A stretch of 64,000 nt of DNA from Candidatus Zixiibacteriota bacterium (GTDB taxonomy: Bacteria > Zixibacteria > MSB-5A5 > GN15 > FEB-12), in assembly GCA_036826635.1 (NCBI GenBank), contig DAISVY010000003.1, forward strand, positions 31,180 through 95,179, in the 5' to 3' direction. The translations under genes were made by a program, and so were the position numbers. Within the stretch, counting starts at the first letter, position 1; the number at the start of each line of letters is the position of its first letter. Of the stretch, positions 47,501 to 57,305 are shown piece after piece. The notes under the pieces are model-generated. The model was given only the letters and a program-made list of their open reading frames with translations. It had not been told where the DNA came from and ran no database searches.

Positions 47501-47793
47501 GTTTGTTGAAAATCGTTATGCGAGTTGTAAATGAAAACGGGAATCCGGCGCTGGATGCGGTAATTCAGTTCGTTACTGATCTCCACATACGAGGCCTCCA
47601 TGACGGTGGCTGCAAACTTGGCCGTGGCGTAGGCGTCTTCGTAAAAGTATATGTCAAAGTGCCGTGTCTGGATATAATTCCAGTAGAACTCTTTATACCG
47701 CACCTTGTTCTTGCCAAAATAGACCTCCTGGGCGCAGGTCTGCACGGTCAGAATTGCGAGTATGAATATGATCAGTGCTGACAGTTTTCTCAT
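44542..47793 (-). CDS. Omp85/BamA-family barrel with N-terminal gluzincin-like peptidase domain and PD40/TolB-like propeller
   Basis: Signal peptide, FGKNKVRY, HELTH plus WLAEGFAEY, repeated SPDG/WSPD units, acidic linker, PLRG and EFRFP barrel motifs, terminal FSFGADF. ATG 47793 after AAGGA. Confidence 0.88.
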   Translation of the reverse strand: MRKLSALIIFILAILTVQTCAQEVYFGKNKVRYKEFYWNYIQTRHFDIYFYEDAYATAKFAATVMEASYVEISNELNYRIQRRIPVFIYNSHNDFQQTNIISSMLSEGVGGFTEVFKSRIAIPFSGSYEDFRHVLHHELTHAVSYDMLYGNSLSSLLSRQRLFNMPLWLAEGFAEYSSRHGWDYESDMYVRDATVNGYLAPPQYLGGFMAYKQGQAMIKYIADRYGEDKLGELFRMGKIHLTMEKVFKAVLGTNEEEFYKDFSREMKRRYWPSLAKRKEADEIGKPLTRAREDGSYYNEMPEFSPDGEKIAIFTDRSDYTEIVLISAKDGKVQEKLVKAQRSADLESLHSYLSGMSFSPDGRSLAFVAKSKGKEAIFLLDVEKKEVYLKKRLDYYNVVSPVWSPDGKKIAFSALDSHKRDLYVYDIESDAIKQITDDRFDDVEPDWLPDSDALIFASDRPHPENPVMDNAGHPYVNTEGAFMPGDFEYGTYNLFRVNIGTEIVSPVDVGPGQNRKPKVAPDGHKIAFVSNRNGIDNIYIGYLDSLRYFAVTDILTGVREISWSPDGDELAYSAFFQGAFDIFMLKELIPQGDSGVLTLTDFASGKYDLLKRPLADLGPPTKTENDAPKNKDLTESEPPDNSDSSDVEQTDGTEETTDDNDEDQTEVVTETGVYDDEFVFVSEADDSILDSVLIDIADDSLFAAPMEEPESFDSIPPMLPSGEYQIHSYKVKFTPDYVGGGFSYDTFFGMRGQSYFVFSDYLGNHQIYLATDLVNTIDQSYIQAYYLNNKKRTNLGAGLFHSKSYYVDNNDFLFSDRFYGLQGFARRPFSTFSRLEFSLSQFFIDRKYYDRNAGDTRENRSSKVTILAASWVFDNVLWGATAPVNGRRMKISIDGGINLFDSDDVDFQSIGFDFRKYWHFRKTFSMAFRIAGGASFGGTPKQYFLGGTTNWIGTRTLDAKVYDVENLYFADVVTPLRGQKYYDLSGDRFGLINWEFRFPLIQYFAMRYPLPIVLGNITGVVFTDIGAAWTGSNNTWDDVKTGFGFGARMDLFGLVLLRYDLAWSTDWETVSDKPTSYFSFGADF

Positions 47794-47921
47794 GAAACAC
47801 CACATCCTTATCAACTGACGGTTGATCGTCCTGAAATGTTGGGCTTTGCCCTCCTCTGGAGTGTCGCCCCGGGGACCGGTGTAACGGGCCGGACGATATG
47901 CTGTTCAGCAGAACGACTCGA

Positions 47922-49181
47922 CTATTCTACCCTTGTTATATCGGCTCCCAGCGATGACAACTTCTCTTCCAGTTTATAATAAGCCCGGTCAATATGATAT
48001 ACCCGAAGGACTTCCGAACGGCCCGACGCAGCCAGACAGGCCAGCACCAGCCCGGCCCCGGCCCGGATATCGGGCGCCATGACACTGGCCCCATGCAGTT
48101 TTTCCACGCCGTTGACAAGGGCCTCACCGCTGGATACCGTTATATCCGCTCCCAGACGACGCAGTTCCATGGTATGAGAGAACCTGTCTGCGTATACGGT
48201 TTCTTTTATCTGCGAGGTCCCGGAAGCCGTGCACGCCGTGGCCATCAGGCAGGCTTGCAGATCGGTCGGATACCCCGGGTAAGGAAAAGTGGTGACCGTT
48301 ACCGGGGCGGGTCGTTTCGGACCTTTGACGGTAATGCTGTTTTTGGCCGACTCGATACGACAGCCCATCTCTGTCAGTTTGTGGATGACCACTGTCAATC
48401 GATCCGGCGGAACCCCGGTCACTTCGACATTGCCGCCTGTTATGGCGGCCCCGAACATATAGGTCCCGGCGACCAGGCGGTCGGAGGGCACGGTGAAATC
48501 GACGGCCTTGAGATGTTTCACCGGTTCGATGACCAGGTTGGGGGTGCCGGCGCCATGGATTTTGGCTCCGGCTTTGACGAGAAACTCAATCACGTCGGTG
48601 ACTTCGGGATCGCAGGCGGCGTTGGTCAGCACTGTTCGGTTGGCGGCCAGCACAGCCCCCGAGAGGATATTCTCGGTTCCGGTATGGGACGGTTTGTCGA
48701 AATAGAGCGAGCCGCCACGGAGCTGCTTGGCCCTGGCCACAACGTATCCGCCTTCTTCCTTAATAGACGCGCCCATGGCTGCGAAGGCCTTGATGTGATA
48801 GTCGACCGGCCGAGCTCCCAGGGAACATCCTCCGGGAAGCGAAATCCGGGCCTCGCCCAGACGGGCCAGCAGGGGCCCCAGCACCAGAAACGATGCCCGC
48901 ATCTGCCGCATTAATTCGTAGGGGGCTGTTGTCTGATCGACGTCTTCGGCGTTGATCGTTACAACCTGCTCTCTCACGTCGTAGGCTACTTTCGCGCCGA
49001 GTTGTCTGAGCACGTCGCTCATCGTGGCGATATCTCGCAGCGGAGGAACGTTGCGGATGGTCGTTTCGCCTTTATCTATCAAAAGAGCGCTGGCGATTAT
49101 CGGGAGGGCCGCATTCTTCGAGCCGTCCACATTGATTTTTCCCTTGAGAGTCGCCCCGCCATTAATTACGAATTTGTCCAT
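47922..49181 (-). CDS. murA: UDP-N-acetylglucosamine 1-carboxyvinyltransferase
   Basis: GSKNAALP, MRASFLVLGPL, LPGGCSLGARPVDYH (active Cys), TGTENI, PGYPTDLQ, DIRAGA, HIDRAY. Confidence 0.97.
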   Translation of the reverse strand: MDKFVINGGATLKGKINVDGSKNAALPIIASALLIDKGETTIRNVPPLRDIATMSDVLRQLGAKVAYDVREQVVTINAEDVDQTTAPYELMRQMRASFLVLGPLLARLGEARISLPGGCSLGARPVDYHIKAFAAMGASIKEEGGYVVARAKQLRGGSLYFDKPSHTGTENILSGAVLAANRTVLTNAACDPEVTDVIEFLVKAGAKIHGAGTPNLVIEPVKHLKAVDFTVPSDRLVAGTYMFGAAITGGNVEVTGVPPDRLTVVIHKLTEMGCRIESAKNSITVKGPKRPAPVTVTTFPYPGYPTDLQACLMATACTASGTSQIKETVYADRFSHTMELRRLGADITVSSGEALVNGVEKLHGASVMAPDIRAGAGLVLACLAASGRSEVLRVYHIDRAYYKLEEKLSSLGADITRVE

Positions 49182-49309
49182 TACATTACCTTTGACAACA
49201 TTATGCCACTATCGGTTCCCGTAGTTCTCAATGACGCGGCTGTATGGTAATTCCTTGATCTGTTCGGGTAAAGACAGAAAATACTTCATCTGACGGGCGC
49301 ATGAGCAAG

Positions 49310-49867
49310 TCAGGCCGTGTCTTTCTGTCGGACCGATGGTTCCTCGAGCAGTTCGAACGACTGACGTACCCGGTGGAAGAACTCGAGGGCTTCTTTCTGG
49401 CAGAAGTCCAGATCGGTCCAGGGGAGACGGACGAAGCGGTTCTTGGCGTACACCAGTGTAAGCTCGGCGAAAACACCATCGGTGAGATATACCCGGTGGT
49501 TGAATTCGCGGTGCGAGGCCATGATCACGTTTTCGGTGGTGGCCACGCCGGGGTCGATATTGACGGTGCGGAAAGCGAAATCACCGACCAGATCGCCCAG
49601 CCGCCGTTCGATCTTCGCACAGGTTGCCTTGGCGTCCGGGAGACAATCGCGTTCGACGAGCCGGTCGAACGAGTAGAAACGGCGTTGAAGATTATGGCCC
49701 ATCTCCTCGGCGTATTGATTGCCTCCGTAAGGAATTTCCATAGTCTCGCAATCGATCCGGCCAAACTGTCGTTCCAGCATTTTAAGAGCATCGGCCAGAC
49801 CGTCCCATGAAGAATATATGATCGAGACGATCAATCGTCCTTTCGGAGGTTTCTGAATTCTTGCCAT
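49310..49867 (-). CDS. DUF4416-family protein
   Basis: Y...[30 protein letters not shown] motifs recalled for DUF4416. Confidence 0.7.
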   Translation of the reverse strand: MARIQKPPKGRLIVSIIYSSWDGLADALKMLERQFGRIDCETMEIPYGGNQYAEEMGHNLQRRFYSFDRLVERDCLPDAKATCAKIERRLGDLVGDFAFRTVNIDPGVATTENVIMASHREFNHRVYLTDGVFAELTLVYAKNRFVRLPWTDLDFCQKEALEFFHRVRQSFELLEEPSVRQKDTA

Positions 49868-49935
49868 GAAGAAGCTATATGGCGAATGCGACCGCGAAGC
49901 AACAAAAACAAGATATCTTCGCGTCCCGGCGGTGA

Positions 49936-49964
49936 TTGACTCAATCGGTTGCCTTGTATATATT
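49936..49964 (+). promoter_or_regulatory. Sigma70-type promoter for hutU
   Basis: TTGACT-N17-TATATT. Confidence 0.65.
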
Positions 49965-49997
49965 CGGGCTTATTGTTTTAACGTTGAGGAGTCGATC

Positions 49998-51653
49998 ATG
50001 CCCGCTAAATCAGTAAAGGCCGCTCGCGGTCTAAAACTATCCTGCAAAGGCTGGCACCAGGAAGCCGCCCTGAGGATGCTCAACAACAATCTTGATGCTG
50101 AAGTCGCCGAGAAACCGAGACAGTTGATTGTCTACGGCGGTTCGGGCAAGGCCGCCCGTAACTGGAAATGCTACGATGGCATTGTCAGATCACTCAAATC
50201 TCTCAAGAACGACGAAACGCTGCTGGTTCAGTCCGGGAAACCGGTGGGGATATTCCGCACTCATGAATACGCTCCGCGCGTGTTGATCGCCAATTCCAAC
50301 CTGGTGCCTCACTGGGCTACCTGGGAAAAATTCCGTGAGTACGACAAACTCGGTTTGATTATGTACGGTCAGATGACGGCTGGCAGTTGGATTTATATCG
50401 GCGCTCAGGGAATCATTCAGGGTACTTACGAAACTTTCGCCGCCGCTGCCGACAAGCACTTCAAGGGCGATCTTACCGGTCGCTGGATTCTTACCGGCGG
50501 TATGGGTGGTATGAGTGGTGCTCAGCCTCTGGCCGGTACCATGGCCGGGGCCTCGGTGCTCTGTGTCGAAGTCGATGAAGCCCGGATCAACCGGCGGATG
50601 AAGCAGGGTTTTTCCGATGTTAAAGTTCGGTCGCTCGACAAGGCCCTTGAACTCATTGAAAAGCACAAGGCCTCGGGTGTGCCTGTCTCGATTGGTCTGG
50701 TGGCCAACGCCGCTGATGTTTTCCCGGAAATCTATCGCCGCGGTATCCGGCCCGATATCGTTACCGACCAGACCTCGGCTCACGACGAACTCAACGGTTA
50801 TATTCCTCAGGGTTTGTCTGTCAGCGAAGCGGCTCGCCTGCGCAAAAGCCGTCCCCAGGAGTATATGAAAAGAGCCTACGCTTCGATGTACAAACATTGC
50901 GAAGCCATGGTGAAGTTTCATAAGGCCGGTTGCGTGGTCGTTGATTACGGCAATAACCTTCGGGGACAGGCCCAGAAAGCCGGATTGAAGAGTGCCTTTA
51001 GTTATCCCGGTTTTGTCCCGGCCTATGTCCGGCCGTTGTTCTGCGAAGGTCGGGGTCCGTTCCGCTGGGCGGCGTTGTCGGGCAAGCGTGAGGATATCGC
51101 CACTACCGATGATATCATTCTGCGCGAGTTCAAACACAACAAGTCGCTGGTGCAATGGATCACCAAGGCGCGGGAAAAAGTTCCTTTCCAGGGGTTACCT
51201 TCGCGTGTCTGCTGGCTTGGCTACGGCGAGCGGGCCAGGTTCGCCGACATTATTAACAATTACATAAAGCGCGGCAAGATCGCTGCTCCCATCGTGATCG
51301 GACGCGACCACCTGGACTGCGGTTCGGTGGCTTCGCCTTATCGCGAGACCGAGGGTATGCGGGACGGTTCCGACGCCATTGCCGACTGGCCGCTGCTCAA
51401 CGGTATGCTTAACGCCGTATCGGGTGCCAGTTGGGTTTCTATGCACCACGGCGGCGGGGTTGGCATTGGGTTGTCGATTCACGCCGGGATGGTTATAGTG
51501 GCCGACGGGACCAAAGAAATGGCCTTGCGGCTTAATCGTGTGCTGACCAACGATCCGGGCACCGGCATTATGCGTCATGTCGACGCCGGTTACAAGGATG
51601 CTATCAAGGTCGCGAAGAAAAACAAAATCAAACTACCGATGATGAAAAAGTAG
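49998..51653 (+). CDS. hutU: Urocanate hydratase
   Basis: [81 protein letters not shown] 49998 after GAGG. Confidence 0.98.
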   Translation: MPAKSVKAARGLKLSCKGWHQEAALRMLNNNLDAEVAEKPRQLIVYGGSGKAARNWKCYDGIVRSLKSLKNDETLLVQSGKPVGIFRTHEYAPRVLIANSNLVPHWATWEKFREYDKLGLIMYGQMTAGSWIYIGAQGIIQGTYETFAAAADKHFKGDLTGRWILTGGMGGMSGAQPLAGTMAGASVLCVEVDEARINRRMKQGFSDVKVRSLDKALELIEKHKASGVPVSIGLVANAADVFPEIYRRGIRPDIVTDQTSAHDELNGYIPQGLSVSEAARLRKSRPQEYMKRAYASMYKHCEAMVKFHKAGCVVVDYGNNLRGQAQKAGLKSAFSYPGFVPAYVRPLFCEGRGPFRWAALSGKREDIATTDDIILREFKHNKSLVQWITKAREKVPFQGLPSRVCWLGYGERARFADIINNYIKRGKIAAPIVIGRDHLDCGSVASPYRETEGMRDGSDAIADWPLLNGMLNAVSGASWVSMHHGGGVGIGLSIHAGMVIVADGTKEMALRLNRVLTNDPGTGIMRHVDAGYKDAIKVAKKNKIKLPMMKK

Positions 51654-51713
51654 CTCCGCAGTCTCGGGACTGTTTGCGATTGACCCTTGTATCGCGGAGC
51701 ATATATTAGTCCT

Positions 51714-52982
51714 ATGCCACCTGAGAAAAAAGCTTCTTTGCTTGTCAAGAATATAGGCCAGCTCATCACTATGGATGGCCCCGTGCCTCGTGTGGGGGCG
51801 GCCATGAATGACCTTGGTCTGATCGAAAACGCCGGACTGGCGGCGGCCGGGGAAGAAATCCTGGCGGTCGGTCCTTCCGATGAAGTGGGCGGCCGAGTCC
51901 CGCTGGCCGAGGGTTGCACCGTTATCGACGCCGCCGGGGCCGTGGTTACGCCCGGCCTGATCGACCCGCACACGCACCCTGTCTTTGCCCGAACGCGCGA
52001 GGTGGAGTTCGAGATGCGGGCCCAGGGCAAATCGTATATGGAAATCGCCCGGGCCGGGGGAGGTATCCGCGCCTCGGTGCGTGACCTTCGGGCCGCTTCC
52101 CGGGCGGAATTGCAAAAGAGCACCATTAAACGACTCGACACCATGCTGGTCCACGGTACTACCACTGTAGAAGCCAAGTCGGGTTACGGTTTGTCGACCG
52201 AATCGGAGATCAAGACCCTTGAGGTTATCCGTGAATGCAACCTGGTGCATCCGGTTGATCTGGTCCCCACTTTCCTGGGGGCTCATGAGGTTCCCGATGA
52301 ATACCGGGACAAGCGCGGGGAGTACATTGATCTGATCATAAACGAGATGATCCCGGCCGTGGCGAAAGAAAATCTGGCCGAGTTTTCCGATGTCTTTTGC
52401 GAAGACGAGGTTTTCACGGTCGAGGAATCCCGGCGTATTCAGCAGGCGGCGGCTGCGGCCGGGTTGAAGCTCAAGTTCCACGCCGATGAATTGTGCTCGA
52501 CCGGCGGGGCCGAATTGGCGGCCGAATTGGGGGCGGTTTCGGCGGATCATCTGGTGTATGCTTCCGAGGCCGGGATAAAGGCCATGGCTGCTTCCAACAC
52601 CGCGGCCGTGTTGCTTCCGGGGACCACCTTTTCTCTGGCGGGCAAGCAATACGCTCCGGCCCGGCGGATGATAGAAGAGGGCGTGGTGGTGGCTCTGTCG
52701 ACCGACTGTAATCCCGGGTCCAGTTTCACCGAATCATTGGCCATAGTAGTTACTCTGGCCGTTCTTGAGATGAAACTTACGGCCGCCGAGGCTATCAGCG
52801 CAATAACGGTTAACGCCGCTACGGCTATCAGTCGCCAGGATGATATCGGTCGCCTGGTGCCGGGCAAGCAGGCCGATGTGGTAATCTGGGATATGAACGA
52901 CTACCGGGAATTGCCATATCATTACGGGATTAACCTGGTTTCGCGGGTGGTGAAAAGAGGAAAGCTGGTCAAAAAGAACTGA
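51714..52982 (+). CDS. hutI: Imidazolonepropionase
   Basis: PGLIDPHTH, GTTTVEAKSGYGL, FLGAH, DVFCE, KFHADE, SADHL, LLPGT, STDCNPG, GKQAD; follows hutU. Confidence 0.96.
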   Translation: MPPEKKASLLVKNIGQLITMDGPVPRVGAAMNDLGLIENAGLAAAGEEILAVGPSDEVGGRVPLAEGCTVIDAAGAVVTPGLIDPHTHPVFARTREVEFEMRAQGKSYMEIARAGGGIRASVRDLRAASRAELQKSTIKRLDTMLVHGTTTVEAKSGYGLSTESEIKTLEVIRECNLVHPVDLVPTFLGAHEVPDEYRDKRGEYIDLIINEMIPAVAKENLAEFSDVFCEDEVFTVEESRRIQQAAAAAGLKLKFHADELCSTGGAELAAELGAVSADHLVYASEAGIKAMAASNTAAVLLPGTTFSLAGKQYAPARRMIEEGVVVALSTDCNPGSSFTESLAIVVTLAVLEMKLTAAEAISAITVNAATAISRQDDIGRLVPGKQADVVIWDMNDYRELPYHYGINLVSRVVKRGKLVKKN

Positions 52983-53032
52983 TTTATCGGGAACGACCGC
53001 TGTTCAGCCCGGTTTAAGCTATAACGATACCA

Positions 53033-53527
53033 ATGAAGTCTGGACCAACCGTTCTGTTCATATGCCTTGTGGCCCTGCTGACGTGGGGCGGTTGCGGGGT
53101 ATATACGTTCAACCCCCGGGGAAGCTCGTCAATTGAGACGATTGCGGTAGAGCCGTTCGAGAACGAAACGGCCGAGTACGGTCTGGCTGACCGTATGACG
53201 GAACTGGTCGTAGACGAGTTCATAGCCGATGGTAACATTAAGGTGGTCTCGGCTGCGGCCGCCGAGGTGTTGCTCGTGGGAATTCTCAAAGACTATCGGC
53301 GGGTGGTGGAGAAATACGACGAGAACGATCAGGTCGACGAATACAAGATCGTTATGGATTTCGAGATCGCCCTGGTTAATGCCGAGGACCAGACGGATAT
53401 CTGGAGAGAAAATATAACACAGGAAGGCGTCTATGACGCCGTCGAAGAAAGCGAGGAGATCGGTCAGGAACGGGCCGCCGGTCGTCTCGTGGAAGCGGTA
53501 ATCAATAAGACGACGAAATCATGGTAA
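53033..53527 (+). CDS. LptE-like lipoprotein
   Basis: Lipobox WGGC, then YTF...IETIAVEPFENET...LxxxxTxxxxDEF pattern of FCB-type LptE. Confidence 0.7.
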   Translation: MKSGPTVLFICLVALLTWGGCGVYTFNPRGSSSIETIAVEPFENETAEYGLADRMTELVVDEFIADGNIKVVSAAAAEVLLVGILKDYRRVVEKYDENDQVDEYKIVMDFEIALVNAEDQTDIWRENITQEGVYDAVEESEEIGQERAAGRLVEAVINKTTKSW

Positions 53528-53597
53528 CCCGGTGGCTACAGGCTGCCTGTCGACAGCCGGTTACTTCTCGAAAGGTGCAGAAAGTCAGGAATACACT

Positions 53598-54554
53598 ATG
53601 AGGAATATGCGTCCGGGTTATGTTGCCGTATGCACCCTGCTCGTGCTTCTGCTGGCGGCGGTCACCGTAGTGGGCAAAGACATCAACGCCAGTGCCGGGA
53701 CAAGTGCATTTTCATTTCTGAAGATCAACCTCGGGGCACGCCCGGTGGCTATGGGTGGTGCTTTCACCGGGCTGGCCGACGACGAAACGGCTCTGTATTA
53801 TAATCCCGCCGGTTTGGCCGGGGCCGAGCAGAAACGCTATATTCTCGGTTATCACAATTACTTCGTCGATATGCAATCGGGTCTGGTCGGATACATCCAC
53901 CCGCTCAATGACAGGCAGACACTGGGTTTTCACGTGAGTTATCTCAACTACGGTGAATTCACCGAAACCGACCTGCTGGGCAACGTGAACGGTACTTTCG
54001 GCGGCGGCGATTTGCTTATCGCGGCCAGTTTCGGCATGAAACGAACTTATCAGTTCTCGTTCGGGGCTACGGCCAAATTTATCTACGAAAAGGTCCACGA
54101 TTATTCCGCTACCGGTGTGGCGATTGATATCGGGGCCAGGTATTCCAGCAATCGCGGTCGGTACACGGCCGGGTTGATGTTGCAGAATCTCGGGGCGCAA
54201 CTGTCTTCTTTGGGTGAGGAAGAAAAGGACGGTTTGCCCACTATCGTGCGCGGTGGCGGTTCGGCTCGCCCCAAAGGACTTCCCCTCCAGTTTGTGGCCG
54301 ATCTCATATTGCCCTTCGACAACGATCTGGTTTTTGCCATCGGGGCCGAATACTATGAACTCAAGCCTCTTTATCTCAGGATGGGCTGGAACAGTTTCGG
54401 GAAAAACTACCGGGCTGATGATTCCGAAGACAACTGGGCCGGTATTTCGCTCGGTCTGGGAATAGACATACGTTCAATGCAAATCTCCTACGCTTTTTCT
54501 CCGGCGGCGGATCTGGGGGAAAGCCACAGGATAACTCTAACGGGGGGATTTTAG
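53598..54554 (+). CDS. PorV/PorQ-like (UPF0164) outer-membrane barrel
   Basis: FLKINLGARPVAMGGAF...ALYYNPAGL, amphipathic strands, LGESHRITLTGGF terminus. Confidence 0.82.
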   Translation: MRNMRPGYVAVCTLLVLLLAAVTVVGKDINASAGTSAFSFLKINLGARPVAMGGAFTGLADDETALYYNPAGLAGAEQKRYILGYHNYFVDMQSGLVGYIHPLNDRQTLGFHVSYLNYGEFTETDLLGNVNGTFGGGDLLIAASFGMKRTYQFSFGATAKFIYEKVHDYSATGVAIDIGARYSSNRGRYTAGLMLQNLGAQLSSLGEEEKDGLPTIVRGGGSARPKGLPLQFVADLILPFDNDLVFAIGAEYYELKPLYLRMGWNSFGKNYRADDSEDNWAGISLGLGIDIRSMQISYAFSPAADLGESHRITLTGGF

Positions 54555-54557
54555 GAC

Positions 54558-55028
54558 ATGATCCGAGGAATTCGTATTGCTGAGGCGGCCGGAACGTTGT
54601 TCCTGGCGCTTTTGATCGTAGTCGGCTGCGGCGGAGCGGATACCGGTGATGATCCGCGCAAGGTTGTAATCTCGATGTTCGGTGCCATGGAAAAAGATGA
54701 CAAAGCGGCTCTGGCCCATGTGCTGGATCTGGCGGAACTGATGCGTACCGGAAACGATGATTACGCTATGCAAACTAACCAGCCGCGGACGTTTGTTTCG
54801 CCTCAGGAAATTCTTGACGATTTGACCGGTGACGGTAAAACCAAGAAACGGTGGTTCAGTCTGCAGCGGATTGTCAACGAGGCCGAGATAATGGGAGAAA
54901 CGGCCACGGTCGAAGTAACCTTCGTGGACAAGGATGCCTCGCACGGGTATCGCACCAAGTTCGGATTGCACAAGAAAGAAGGCAAGTGGCGTATCTACAG
55001 CTTCAAGACTATCAACGAAGCACCGTAG
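54558..55028 (+). CDS. Putative lipoprotein (NTF2-like/DUF4878-like)
   Basis: Lipobox VVGC; ATATVEV...LHKKEGKWRI pattern. Confidence 0.65.
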   Translation: MIRGIRIAEAAGTLFLALLIVVGCGGADTGDDPRKVVISMFGAMEKDDKAALAHVLDLAELMRTGNDDYAMQTNQPRTFVSPQEILDDLTGDGKTKKRWFSLQRIVNEAEIMGETATVEVTFVDKDASHGYRTKFGLHKKEGKWRIYSFKTINEAP

Positions 55029-55478
55029 CGGAAGAGTCACCGGCCGGTTTTTGAAAAATTAAGGTTTACCAGGGGACACCAAAGGGGCAGAGGGGGTAAC
55101 CCCCAACATGTGTCGCCACTGGCAAACCTCTACATGTAGTTTACTTACCATATTTGCTTTTGTCAAGAATCAGGTAGCCCGACCGAGTCGGGCCGGGATC
55201 GATATAGTGATATCAGTCGAAAATCTTTCGACAGGGCCGACACTCTGCAGAATATGCCTCAAGTTGTGATTGCCGGTCCGTGCGGTCTAATTATCTGTGG
55301 CTCAGGTGATTACGAATAAGGTTGAATTGTCGACTGTCTGGTCTTTGGCCTGGCATCTATTGACTTCCCCTTGTAAAACGTATAATTTCCTTTACTTATG
55401 TACGCAAACACAAGGTTGTCAATATTCGCCGAATTCTACCGATAAATCTATAAATAGCAGGAGGTTAAGAAACTTCTC

Positions 55479-57302
55479 GTGCCCCCATATACCGAATTAA
55501 AACGCAGCCACACTTGTGGCGAGTTACGCTCCTCTGATGCCGGTATCAGCGTTTGTCTTAACGGGTGGGTAGACGGTGACAGACATCTGGGCGGACTTTT
55601 GTTTTTGGACCTGCGTGACCGCTACGGTCTTACTCAGGTTGTTATAAATCCTCAGGACTTCGATTCCCAAATGCTGGCGGTTGCGGAAAGAGTGCGTTCC
55701 GAGTTCGTCGTGGCCGTGAAGGGAAAAGTTCGGAGGCGACCCGAAGGTACGGTTAATCCCAGGCTCGAAACCGGGGAGATTGAAGTCGTGGCCGAGGAAT
55801 TTCATATCCTTGCTGAGTCTAAGACCCCTCCCTTCGAGATTGTCGATGACACCACGGCCAAGGAAAAACTGCGCCTGGAATATCGCTATCTTGACCTTCG
55901 CCGGCGGCCGTTGCAGGAGGCGCTCAGGGTGCGTCATCAGACAACCATGGCCATGCGCAATTACATGGATTCGGTAGGTTTCCTGGAGATCGAGACCCCT
56001 CTTCTGATCCGGTCCACTCCCGAGGGAGCGCGTGATTATGTCGTGCCCAGCCGGGTTTATCCGGGCAAGTTTTATGCCCTGCCGCAGTCGCCGCAATTGC
56101 TCAAGCAGTTGCTCATGGTGTCCGGTTTCGATAAGTATTTCCAACTTGCCCGCTGTCTGCGCGATGAAGATTTGCGTTCCGACCGTCAGCCGGAACATAC
56201 GCAGCTTGATGTGGAGATGTCGTTTGTCACTCCCGAGGATGTCTGGGAAGTCAGCGAAGGGGTGATGGCGGCTGTTTTCGAAAAAGTGCTGGGGGTGAAA
56301 CTGGCTACGCCGTTCGAGCGGTTCAGTTATCAGGAAGTAATGAACCGCTGGGGGATAGACAAGCCGGATCTTCGCTTCGGTATGGAAATAATCGATCTTT
56401 CCGATATCGTGCGCGATTGCGATTTTAAGGTGTTCGCTGACAATGTCAAATCCGGTGGGGTGGTCAAAGGGATTGTCCTGAAAGGCGGCGGCGGATATTC
56501 GCGCAAACAGATCGACGAGTTGACCGGCCTGGCCAAAGAAAACGGGGCGCTTGGGCTGGCCTATATCCTGCGCACCGAGAGCGAGGACAAGTCGCCTGTT
56601 CTCAAATTCATCGGCGAGTCGGTGAAAGACAAGCTGGTTGAAAAAGCCGGTGTCGAGAAGGGCGATGCTCTCTTTATCGTTTCCGATAAACCGCTCAAGG
56701 CCGAAGGGATTCTGGGACAACTCCGGCTTCATCTGGGGCATGCTCACAAGCTGGTCAAATCCGATGAATTCAAATTCCTCTGGGTATCGGAGTTTCCGTT
56801 GTTCGACTACAACGAGGAGAAGTCTCGTTTCGAGGCCATGCATAACATCGTGTCACACCCGCTGGAAACCGATCTGGCTCTTATCGACGAAGGTTTCGAT
56901 TCATCTTTGGCGCCGACCGATATTAACCATCCCTGGCGTCGGGTCAGGGCTGCCCAGTACGATTTGGTCTTCAATGGTTGCGAAATAGCTTCCGGGGGGC
57001 AGCGCATAAATCGTCGTGAATTACAGGAAAAGATTCTGGCTGTTTTGGGGATCGATCATGAGCGCGCCGATAAGATGTTCGGATTCCTGCTCAGGGCTCT
57101 CGAATATGGTGCCCCTCCGCACGCCGGTATCGCCATCGGGCTTGATCGATTGGTTTCGCTGATGCTGGGTCGTGAGAGTATCCGCGACGTGATTGCTTTT
57201 CCCAAAACCACCAACGCTGCCTCGCTTATGGACCAGACGCCGTCGGAACTGGACGCCGAGCAGCTCGCCGAACTCGGGTTGGCTATTACTAAGAGGGAAT
57301 AA
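55479..57302 (+). CDS. aspS: Aspartate-tRNA ligase (bacterial type)
   Basis: RSHTCGEL, FLDLRD, YRYLDLRR, TPEGARDY, ALPQSPQ, RDEDLRSDRQPE, GAD insert, GGQRI, GAPPHAGIAIGLDRL, VIAFPK. Confidence 0.98.
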   Translation: MPPYTELKRSHTCGELRSSDAGISVCLNGWVDGDRHLGGLLFLDLRDRYGLTQVVINPQDFDSQMLAVAERVRSEFVVAVKGKVRRRPEGTVNPRLETGEIEVVAEEFHILAESKTPPFEIVDDTTAKEKLRLEYRYLDLRRRPLQEALRVRHQTTMAMRNYMDSVGFLEIETPLLIRSTPEGARDYVVPSRVYPGKFYALPQSPQLLKQLLMVSGFDKYFQLARCLRDEDLRSDRQPEHTQLDVEMSFVTPEDVWEVSEGVMAAVFEKVLGVKLATPFERFSYQEVMNRWGIDKPDLRFGMEIIDLSDIVRDCDFKVFADNVKSGGVVKGIVLKGGGGYSRKQIDELTGLAKENGALGLAYILRTESEDKSPVLKFIGESVKDKLVEKAGVEKGDALFIVSDKPLKAEGILGQLRLHLGHAHKLVKSDEFKFLWVSEFPLFDYNEEKSRFEAMHNIVSHPLETDLALIDEGFDSSLAPTDINHPWRRVRAAQYDLVFNGCEIASGGQRINRRELQEKILAVLGIDHERADKMFGFLLRALEYGAPPHAGIAIGLDRLVSLMLGRESIRDVIAFPKTTNAASLMDQTPSELDAEQLAELGLAITKRE

Positions 57303-57305
57303 TCC

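Noticed and set aside
49998-52982. hutU-hutI without hutH/hutG as a broken pathway
   Set aside because: hut genes are often dispersed; absence from a 64-kb window is uninformative.
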